Below, piece after piece: positions 58,301 to 64,000 of a stretch of DNA of 64,000 nt (the stretch's first letter is position 1; each line of letters begins with the position of its first letter). The notes under the pieces are model-generated. The model had not been told where the DNA came from. It ran no database searches and was given only the letters and a program-made list of their open reading frames with translations. Source of the stretch: Rhodothermales bacterium. GTDB lineage: Bacteria; Bacteroidota; Rhodothermia; Rhodothermales; Bin80. The stretch lies in contig CATQHT010000001.1 in the NCBI GenBank assembly GCA_958296045.1, positions 773,395 through 837,394 on the forward strand. The letters run 5' to 3'. Both the position numbers and the translations under genes were made by a program.

Positions 58301-61079
58301 CACGTTCCTTATCGAGGTCGCGTTGGCGTTGGCCTCGGTGGAGGATCAGGCGTATGAGGTCGACGTCTTAGTGCCAGACGTGATGCTTCCCGCAGCGCGG
58401 GGTGGCACGGATCCGTACACGTACGTGCTGACGCCCTCGCTGCCTTTGGGGCTCACGTTTGATGCGTCTATACGTGTGCTGGGTGGCACGCCGACCGTAG
58501 CCACCGCGCCTGTGGAGTACACGTACCTGGCGACGGATGCGGCCGGTCTGGTGGCTTCGGACACGTTCCTTATCACGGTGCGGCTGGCGTTGGCTTCCAT
58601 TGCGGATCAGGCGTATGCGGTGGGAGAGGATACGAGCCTGGTGCTTCCTGCAGCGCGTGGTGGCACGGATCCGTACAGGTATGCGTTGACCCCGGATCTG
58701 CCTGTGGGCCTGGCGTTTGACCGTACCACGCGTGTGCTCAGCGGCACGCCTACCGAGGCTACGGCGCCTGTGGAGTACAGGTACGCGGCGACGGATGCGG
58801 CCGGCTTGGCGGCTTCGGACACGTTCCTTATCGAGGTGTATGTGGCGCTGATGCTGCCGGGGGTGGAGGATCAGGTGTTCGGGGTAGGCCAGCAGGTCAC
58901 TTGGGTGTTACCTGCGGCCGCGGGGGGTGAGCATCCCCACGCGTATCGGCTGGATCCGGCTCCCCCGGTCGGGCTGGCCTTTGAGGCATCTACGCGCACG
59001 TTGAGCGGGGTGCCGACGGCGGCGGTGGCTGCCACCGGCTATACGTATACGGTAGAGGACGCCAGCGGGCGGCAGGCTTCCCAACCGTTTAGCATAGAGG
59101 TGTTGGGCTCGCTCCTGTTGCCTGCGGTGCCGGATACGGTCTTTACGGTGGACGAAGATATCGTGCCGTGGATGCTTCCCCCAGCTACCGGTGGCAGGAG
59201 TCCGTACGAGTATGTGTTGCATCCCGACCCGCCTGCGGGGTTGGTGTATGACGAGGCGTCGCGCACCCTCAGCGGCCGCCCCTTGACGATACTGTTGCCA
59301 CAGCCTTACACGTATACGGTGACGGATGCGTTGGGCATGGAGACCGCGCGGACGTTTGATATCACGGTGGGGGCGCCGGCTGCTTTGCTTACCGACCGTG
59401 CGGCGCTGATCGCGTTGCATGAGGACGCCGGTGGCGAGCGCTGGACGGACCGCAGCGGCTGGCTGGATCCGCCTGCCGACGTGGTAGCGTTCACCGCGGA
59501 GGCGCTGGAGGCATGGTTTGGGGTTTCGGTGGACTCCGGCCGCGTGGTGGCGTTAACGCTGCCGCACAACAATGTGGAAGGCACGTTGCCAGAGGCGTTG
59601 GGGGATCTGACGGCGCTGGAGCAGCTGCACCTCTACGGCAATAGGTTGCAGGGCCGCATCCCTGCGGCGCTGGGGCGGCTGGACAGCCTGCGCGGGCTGC
59701 TCCTGCACGACAACGAGCTGACGGGCTCTATCCCAGACTCTTTGGGTCGGCTGGTCCATCTGCGGGAGCTGTGGCTGTATGGCAATGCGCTGGGGGGTTC
59801 GCTGCCCACCACGTTGGGGCAGCTGGACAGCTTGCGCGGGCTGCTGCTGCATGGCAACGCGCTGGTGGGCACGATCCCGCCTGCGCTGGGGGCTCTGGTG
59901 CGGCTGGAGGATCTGTGGTTACAGGACAACCGTCTGGAGGGCTCGATACCGCCCACGTTGGGGCAGCTGGACCGTCTGCGTACGTTGCTCTTGCATGGCA
60001 ACGCGCTCACGGGTACGATACCGCCTACGTTGGGAGATCTCACGCGGCTGGAGGATCTGTGGTTACAGCACAACGGTCTGGAGGGCTCGATCCCGAGCGC
60101 GTTGGGGCAGCTGGACCGCTTGCGTGGGTTGCTGCTGCATGGCAACGCGCTGGTGGGCACGATACCGCCGGTGTTGGGGGATCTGTCCGCGCTGCGTTGG
60201 CTGCAGTTGCAGCATAACGCGCTAGAGGGAGGGGTACCGTCCGCGCTGGGGCAGCTGGCACATCTGGAGCGGTTGCAGCTCGAGGGCAACAGGCTGACGG
60301 GCGCGTTGCCCGACTCTTTGGGTGAGCTGGCGGCGCTGACGCATCTGTATGTGCACGACAACATGTTGACAGGCATGTTGCCGCAGGCTTTGCGGCAGCT
60401 TACCGCATTGCAGGAGTTGTTCTTTGGTGGTGCGGACCAGGCGCTCTGTGCGCCGGTGGATGCGCCCTATCGGGCGTGGTTGGCGTCTTTGGAGGCGGTG
60501 CGGGGCCCGCACTGCGGGGAGCACGGGCTGGTGTTTGCGGCCTCGGTGCCGGATCTCCAGTTCACCGCGGATCAGCGCGTAGCGGATGTGGCGTTGCCGC
60601 CTGCCGAGGGGGGCACCGCGCCTTATCGCTACGTGCTGGATCCGGCGTTGCCCACCGGGCTGGCGTATGAGGCTGACGCACGCGTGCTGCGCGGGGTGCC
60701 GGTGGCATCCACAGCGCCGGTGACCTATACGTATACGGCGATGGATGCGACAGGGCGTACCGGGCAGCTGTCGTTCACGCTGGCGGTAGCGCCACCGATG
60801 GCCGACGGGCTATTGCTCCATGGCAACTATCCCAACCCGTTTAGGGACTACACGCATGTGGAGATCAGCCTGGCGCACGATGCCGACGTGCGCCTAGCGG
60901 TCTTTGACCTTTTGGGTCGCCGCGTGGTGGATCAGGCGCTGGGGCGCCTGCCAGCGGGCGCGCATCGGCGTCTGGCGATACAGGTGCATAGCGTGCCAGG
61001 CATCTACCTGTACCGCGTCGTGGCCACGATGCCAGACGAGACGATCGTGCGCACAGGCCATTTGACCGTGGTACGCTAA
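55395..61079 (+). CDS. Giant surface protein: plant-type LRR block / 13 Ig-like (He_PIG/'putative Ig') repeats / second LRR block / 1 Ig-like repeat / T9SS C-terminal sorting domain
   Basis: 1894 aa. The LRR cap is 'LRALYNATDGDNWTN' and the LRRs follow 'L..L..L.L..N.L.G.IP..LG'. The Ig-like repeats are ~87-95 aa with consensus 'Y.L.P.LP.GL.FD...R.LSGTPT.....EYTY.ATDA.G..AS..F.IEV'. CTD 'GNYPNPFRDYTHVEISL..VRLAVFDLLGRRV..GIYLYRVVA'. The GTG start gives a weak signal peptide (see findings). Confidence 0.85.
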   Translation: MGMAAIACLTAAHVGTAQDIETVIFPVLRALYNATDGDNWTNTTDNNRPWDVTSVPTAAELENWHGIAYIFGELVGVALENNGLSGTIPVELGNPGLTSLVTLGLAENSLTGTVPGELGELSALIALDIQYNRLTGVLPFELTNLTSLQGFWFNDNDGLCAPVDDDFQDWLDPFAVPVPPGPNCTAPVLPEIEDKKYTEGVLVPGDMLPAAMGGIPPYGEYSLSPDPPSGLEFNRDTRVISGTPLEVFPRAPFTYTVTDGAMGTASQTFTIEVVTAALFLEDVPEQVYSFGQEVSFFLPEARGGVPPHRYALTPDPPEGLVFDENTRELSGTPTEVVARQEYTYTVTDAAQVTVPVEFGIEVTLAWAEVPDRTYTFEVPIVPLELPEPLGGTAPYEYTVSPVLPPGLAFDEQVGSLTGTPSVGVPRTKYTWGARDAAGFVVARSSFMEVRLALFAIQDYSFPLGVEIVPLVFPSAQGGTGVVEYTLTPALPEGLDFDEFARVLFGTPTEAMGETEYTYRAEDAEGAFGEQTFSMEVLSLVLPIVADTVFVVGEAVDWVLPEAVVGTPPLVYSLDGALPEGLTFVPGMRTLHGMPTAVADAQDYVYEVEDGEGLTAQAPFTIAVVPAELRLPLVAAQHYVAEREMSRVLPEATGGTPPLVYTLDGVLPEGLAFDSGTRTLSGTPTLAVPRAEYRYGVEDAEGDTTSQAFVMEIHGAFTLPSVPDQDFTVGEDRSVELPLASGGLGSPTYMLTPALPSGLTFDASSRVLSGTPTAVAAPMTYTYAATDTTGTPVEREFMLAVYDVLTLPEVADQRYVYGEQISLALPPAVGGNPGYTYSLMPDPPEGLVFDSTATARVLSGTPTQATAPEEYTYMATDANGATASGTFYIEVALALASIDDQKYRVGEAASVVLPAALGGADPMYMLTPALPSGLTFDAATRTLGGTPMEATAPVEYAYVATDAAGLAASDTFLIEVALALASVEDQAYEVDVLVPDVMLPAARGGTDPYTYVLTPSLPLGLTFDASIRVLGGTPTVATAPVEYTYLATDAAGLVASDTFLITVRLALASIADQAYAVGEDTSLVLPAARGGTDPYRYALTPDLPVGLAFDRTTRVLSGTPTEATAPVEYRYAATDAAGLAASDTFLIEVYVALMLPGVEDQVFGVGQQVTWVLPAAAGGEHPHAYRLDPAPPVGLAFEASTRTLSGVPTAAVAATGYTYTVEDASGRQASQPFSIEVLGSLLLPAVPDTVFTVDEDIVPWMLPPATGGRSPYEYVLHPDPPAGLVYDEASRTLSGRPLTILLPQPYTYTVTDALGMETARTFDITVGAPAALLTDRAALIALHEDAGGERWTDRSGWLDPPADVVAFTAEALEAWFGVSVDSGRVVALTLPHNNVEGTLPEALGDLTALEQLHLYGNRLQGRIPAALGRLDSLRGLLLHDNELTGSIPDSLGRLVHLRELWLYGNALGGSLPTTLGQLDSLRGLLLHGNALVGTIPPALGALVRLEDLWLQDNRLEGSIPPTLGQLDRLRTLLLHGNALTGTIPPTLGDLTRLEDLWLQHNGLEGSIPSALGQLDRLRGLLLHGNALVGTIPPVLGDLSALRWLQLQHNALEGGVPSALGQLAHLERLQLEGNRLTGALPDSLGELAALTHLYVHDNMLTGMLPQALRQLTALQELFFGGADQALCAPVDAPYRAWLASLEAVRGPHCGEHGLVFAASVPDLQFTADQRVADVALPPAEGGTAPYRYVLDPALPTGLAYEADARVLRGVPVASTAPVTYTYTAMDATGRTGQLSFTLAVAPPMADGLLLHGNYPNPFRDYTHVEISLAHDADVRLAVFDLLGRRVVDQALGRLPAGAHRRLAIQVHSVPGIYLYRVVATMPDETIVRTGHLTVVR
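55977..59370 (+). repeat. Array of 13 tandem Ig-like domain repeats (~258-285 nt period), central units near-identical over 30-45 nt stretches
   Basis: The motif '..SGTPT..' recurs 13 times. 'gcgacggatgcggccggtctgg.ggcttcggacacgttccttatc' recurs at ~58269, ~58527 and ~58788. Confidence 0.8.
59555..60430 (+). repeat. Array of ~12 tandem 24-aa (72-nt) leucine-rich repeats with 48/96-aa super-periodicity
   Basis: 'LGQLDSLRGLLLHGNALVGTIPPALG' and 'LGQLDRLRGLLLHGNALVGTIPPVLG' are encoded by ~90% identical 75-nt stretches 288 nt apart. Confidence 0.85.
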
Positions 61080-61089
61080 TACTAGAGGT

Positions 61090-61785
61090 ATGATGAAGAG
61101 AGCAAGCCTGTTGATGGCGGGGTTGATGGCTCCCCTTGTGGTGTTGGCGCAGCCGCAGGACGCGGATGTGAGCCAGTGGGTGCTGCCCGCTGCCGAGGTA
61201 CACGACCTGGCGTTTGTGCGTCAGTTTCTAGAGGACCAGATCATCGTTCCTGCGCATGCGGCGTACACGTCGGCGGTCTTTTTGGATGTGACGCAGGACG
61301 GGTTCGGCACCAATGACTTGTTGGTGTTGCAGCCCAGCCGGGAGCAGTTTCTGTTGAGCGCATACTTGCCAGAATCGATGCTCAGCGCGCTGACGGCACT
61401 CAACTTGGCGCAGGACTATCGTCTCACCACGGTGCGTGCGCAGAGCGAGGTCATCACCGAGGAGGCCGAGCAGGAGGCGCATCCGCGCAAGGCGTTAGCG
61501 GGCGCGCTGTTGCGCTCGGTGCTGCCCTACTATCCGGAAGGATCGCTAGACATCTATCTGCGTCAGCGTGGTGACGACATCAACATCACGCTGTGGGGGT
61601 ATGAGCAGGCCTTGTTTCGGTTTGTGCCGCAGGCCACCCAATGCGTGCCGCCGCCGTCGGAGCCGTTGATGGTGGAGCTGTATTCGGAGCCGACGATCCG
61701 CACGCACCTCGACTTCGAGGGGTGCGTAGTGGTGGAGACGTGGACCGCAGACGGTAACGTAGTGTCTCGCGCGTGCAACGAATAG
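61090..61785 (+). CDS. Secreted hypothetical protein
   Basis: 231 aa with signal peptide 'MMKRASLLMAGLMAPLVVLAQP'. It starts 10 nt after the giant gene stop, and the next gene starts at the adjacent nucleotide. I recognised no family. Confidence 0.6.
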   Translation: MMKRASLLMAGLMAPLVVLAQPQDADVSQWVLPAAEVHDLAFVRQFLEDQIIVPAHAAYTSAVFLDVTQDGFGTNDLLVLQPSREQFLLSAYLPESMLSALTALNLAQDYRLTTVRAQSEVITEEAEQEAHPRKALAGALLRSVLPYYPEGSLDIYLRQRGDDINITLWGYEQALFRFVPQATQCVPPPSEPLMVELYSEPTIRTHLDFEGCVVVETWTADGNVVSRACNE

Positions 61786-62187
61786 ATGGAAGCGCATCGC
61801 ACCGACCTACAGCTGTTCGTTGATCTGGGCTTTATCCTGCTGGCGGCCTTCTTTCTGTTGACCGAGCAGGTGCCGCGCTTGCAGGTGCCTCTGCCAGGAG
61901 AGGAACAGGAGGCCGAGGCGCCCGAAGAAACCACCGAGGTCTATACGGTCCACTTTGATGAGCGCATGCAAGTGGTGGTGGTACATGAGCCGGAGCAGAC
62001 ACCGTTTTGTACGGCCGCTACCGTGGCAGCGCTGCAGACCTGTCTGGTCCGGGTGCACATGCAGACGCCCGAGAGTGTGCTGTTGCTTTCCCCGCAGGGT
62101 GATGCCACGTTGCAGCAGCTGGTCACCTTGCTGGACCTGTGTCTGGCCCAACGGTGGGCGTGTACGATAGCGCAGCAGCCAGAATGA
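61786..62187 (+). CDS. ExbD/TolR-like small membrane protein (divergent)
   Basis: 133 aa. The N-terminal TM 'DLQLFVDLGFILLAAFFLLT' resembles the ExbD 'l.PliDvvflLLiFFm'. The periplasmic alpha/beta part ends '..VLLLSPQGDATLQQLVTLLDLCLAQ', like the ExbD 'v.i.aD....y..vv.vmd'. Confidence 0.45.
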   Translation: MEAHRTDLQLFVDLGFILLAAFFLLTEQVPRLQVPLPGEEQEAEAPEETTEVYTVHFDERMQVVVVHEPEQTPFCTAATVAALQTCLVRVHMQTPESVLLLSPQGDATLQQLVTLLDLCLAQRWACTIAQQPE

Positions 62188-63158
62188 ATACGAGGCGACG
62201 TCTGTGGGAGTGGGGCACGTTCGGGGCGTTGCTCTGCATGATCGGTGTGGTGCTGACGCTGCTTCCGGTGCCTCGGGGCGGCCGCTCGCAGGTGGTGCCG
62301 GACCGCCTCTTCTTTTTGCCTATCGTGCCCCCGTCACTGGCGCTGGAGCCTATAGAGCCGGAGGCGTCCGAGTCGTTAGAGGAGGAGGCTGAGGCGGCAC
62401 TCACGGACGACGCGCTGGCCCAGATGCTCTCCGAAGCGTTCGGGACGCCGGAGGCGGCCACCGTAGCGTCGGTGGATCTGGCGTCGCAGTCCACCGAGGC
62501 GCTGGCGGTCGACGGGCTGGACCTGAGCAGCTGGGGCACGGGCCAAGACCCGCGGGGGCTGGGCACCGTGCAACAGCAAGACCTGGCGCTGCCAGGACGC
62601 ACCCGATCGACTCCCAGGCTGGCGCCCACGCTGGTACAGCCGGAGGTGTCTGGAAGCGGCGGCAGCGACCTGCGCTGGACGCTGGAGGCGCGCAGCGACA
62701 CCACGGCGCCAGCGCTCACGACGCAGGCGGTGGCGCGACGGGCCCCCGTGACGCTAGAAGACTTTAGCGAGGTCGTAGTCAACGATGCGCTGGCGCAGTG
62801 GATTGTCGCTGCGCCGTCGCCCCTGGATCCGGGCATACAGTCGCTCTTTGGCGCCGGGCCCGAGGTGCACACGGCCCGCCATGTCGTCACCGTGGCGGGC
62901 ACCCCCTTCGAGCTGCAGCTGATGCTCGCGCCCATCAATGGCGAGATACGGGTCGTGCTGATCCAGCAAGAGAAGCTGTATTACTTCGTCAGCCCCCGGG
63001 GGCAACAGCAGGCCAGCTACTTTCAGGTGGGCACGATTCGGCGGGATGCCCAAGGGCGTATCGTCACCGTAGAGAGCGAAGACCTCTCTCCGCAAGGGGC
63101 CGAAGCGCAAGCCTTCTATCGCCTCTTTGTCGACTGGTGGCACGCCCAAGACCCATAA
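62184..63158 (+). CDS. Single-pass membrane protein with acidic/Pro-rich linker and C-terminal globular domain (TonB-like topology, no TonB motif recognised)
   Basis: The start is taken at 'MNTRRRLWEWGTFGALLCMIGVVLTLL' (ATGA overlap with the upstream stop), followed by a linker 'PPSLALEPIEPEASESLEEEAEAALTDD'. Confidence 0.55.
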   Translation: MNTRRRLWEWGTFGALLCMIGVVLTLLPVPRGGRSQVVPDRLFFLPIVPPSLALEPIEPEASESLEEEAEAALTDDALAQMLSEAFGTPEAATVASVDLASQSTEALAVDGLDLSSWGTGQDPRGLGTVQQQDLALPGRTRSTPRLAPTLVQPEVSGSGGSDLRWTLEARSDTTAPALTTQAVARRAPVTLEDFSEVVVNDALAQWIVAAPSPLDPGIQSLFGAGPEVHTARHVVTVAGTPFELQLMLAPINGEIRVVLIQQEKLYYFVSPRGQQQASYFQVGTIRRDAQGRIVTVESEDLSPQGAEAQAFYRLFVDWWHAQDP

Positions 63159-63161
63159 GCT

Positions 63162-63512
63162 ATGGACGAATCGCTGGTGGATATCATCCTTATCCTGTTG
63201 GCTGGCCTGGTGGCGGTCAGCACCATGCCCCAGTTTGCTGTGGAGCCTCCGGTGAGTGTGGAGGTCAACGAGGGGGCGCAGGTGCTGATGCCCCTCCAGG
63301 TGGCCCTCACGCCCGAGGGGGCGCTGCGCAGCGGGACCCCGGTCCGTACGATAAGCGCACAGGAGCTGTACGACCTGGTGCGCGCGGCCGCGCCAGACCA
63401 AGCCGTGGAGCTCACCGCAGACCACAGCGTGCCAGCGCGGCTGGTGATCCAAGCCAACATTATTGTACAACAAGCCGGACGAGAAGCGGTCATCATCGTC
63501 CAGGCAGACTAA
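63162..63512 (+). CDS. ExbD/TolR-like small membrane protein (divergent, second copy)
   Basis: 116 aa with TM 'LVDIILILLAGLVAVS' and C-terminal 'AVELTADHSVPARLVIQANIIVQQAGREAVIIV', like the ExbD 'v.l.aD..v.y..vv.vmd....aG...v.l'. Confidence 0.45.
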   Translation: MDESLVDIILILLAGLVAVSTMPQFAVEPPVSVEVNEGAQVLMPLQVALTPEGALRSGTPVRTISAQELYDLVRAAAPDQAVELTADHSVPARLVIQANIIVQQAGREAVIIVQAD

Positions 63513-63529
63513 TCGTTCAGGCAGACTCA

Positions 63530-64000
63530 ATGACTATGCTTCGGAGCGTTGCACTGATCCTCGTTGTTATCCTGGGTGCGGGGTGTTCCACGTCGCGCGA
63601 AGCGGTGGTGCCCCCACCCCCAGCCCCTATGGAGGCGCCTATCGTGTCGCCCCCCTTGGCGGGGGTCGACTCGCTGGTAGTCCACGAGGTGGCGACCTCG
63701 TTTGATAGCACGTTTGTGGCCGCACCAAGAGAGCAGGCGGGCGAGGCACGCTTTCTGGAAGGCCGCCAAGTGCAGCAGCGTCTCGACAGCCTGCTCCAAC
63801 AGCGGCACGGCGCCGCCCCGCTGCACCGCAGCACCACCGAGCCCGACACGGCCGCGTACGAAGCGGCACAGCGCACGGTGCTAGACGCCGTACAGGCCCA
63901 GGCGCAGCAGGATAGCGCGCGCGCATTGACGCTGCTTGGGGACGCGCAGCGCCTCTATGAAGCAGCGCTGCAGCACAACCCCACCCACGAAGAGGCCCGC
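63530..64000 (+). CDS. Lipoprotein, partial (runs off the window), Ala/Gln-rich helical (TPR-like?)
   Basis: My own translation of frame 2 from the ATG at 63530 is 'MTMLRSVALILVVILGAGCSTSRE...' (lipobox LGAGC). The frame stays open to 64000. It is absent from the ORF track because no stop falls inside the window. Confidence 0.6.
   Translation, partial: MTMLRSVALILVVILGAGCSTSREAVVPPPPAPMEAPIVSPPLAGVDSLVVHEVATSFDSTFVAAPREQAGEARFLEGRQVQQRLDSLLQQRHGAAPLHRSTTEPDTAAYEAAQRTVLDAVQAQAQQDSARALTLLGDAQRLYEAALQHNPTHEEAR

Overview
High-GC (~60-65%) bacterial chromosome segment. By inference it comes from a Bacteroidota/Rhodothermota-type organism (Rhodothermus/Salinibacter-like): at least four proteins carry type IX secretion (T9SS) C-terminal sorting domains, a PorV-like gene is present, and there are many TAT-signal Gfo/Idh/MocA oxidoreductases. 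Layout: (1) 0.3-9.2 kb, a TonB-dependent receptor / large Ca-repeat protein / PorV-like triad plus a T9SS-exported PGRP-type amidase. (2) 10-12.1 kb, a copper amine oxidase. (3) 12.3-24.7 kb, a mobile-element island. Its core is two direct copies of a ~4.1-4.3 kb module, each made of a 5'-truncated IS1595 transposase pseudogene and an intact ~1125-aa single-chain MmeI-like restriction-modification gene. The island also holds an IS30-family element with an in-frame TGA, a DDE transposase remnant, and an IS110-family transposase followed by ~880 nt of ORF-poor DNA. (4) 24.7-27.7 kb, an S8 protease with a T9SS CTD. (5) 28.2-50.8 kb, a large cluster for periplasmic or cytoplasmic sugar/cyclitol-type oxidation: 5 Gfo/Idh/MocA genes, 6 xylose-isomerase-like TIM barrels, and SIS, MBL, ApbE, FGE-like, gluconate-DH-subunit-3-like, PVC-type CxxCH heme protein and DUF1080 genes. 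An IS21 element (istAB) is inserted between its two minus-strand operons. (6) 51.1-55.2 kb, an IS graveyard with an intact DUF4338-Tn5-like fusion transposase and two transposase remnants. (7) 55.3-61.1 kb, a G13 homopolymer directly upstream of a 1894-aa LRR / Ig-like-repeat / LRR / T9SS-CTD surface protein. (8) 61.1-64.0 kb, a tightly packed operon of a secreted protein, two ExbD-like proteins, a TonB-topology acidic membrane protein and a partial lipoprotein. I recognised no rRNA, tRNA or CRISPR array. The best candidates for something new are the twin RM modules with TRD-clustered divergence, the poly-G contingency tract in front of the giant adhesin-like gene, the ExbB-less ExbD/TonB-like operon behind it, the DUF4338-transposase fusion, and the long 3' non-coding tail of the IS110 element. 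All functional calls come from motif recognition by eye. No database search was run.
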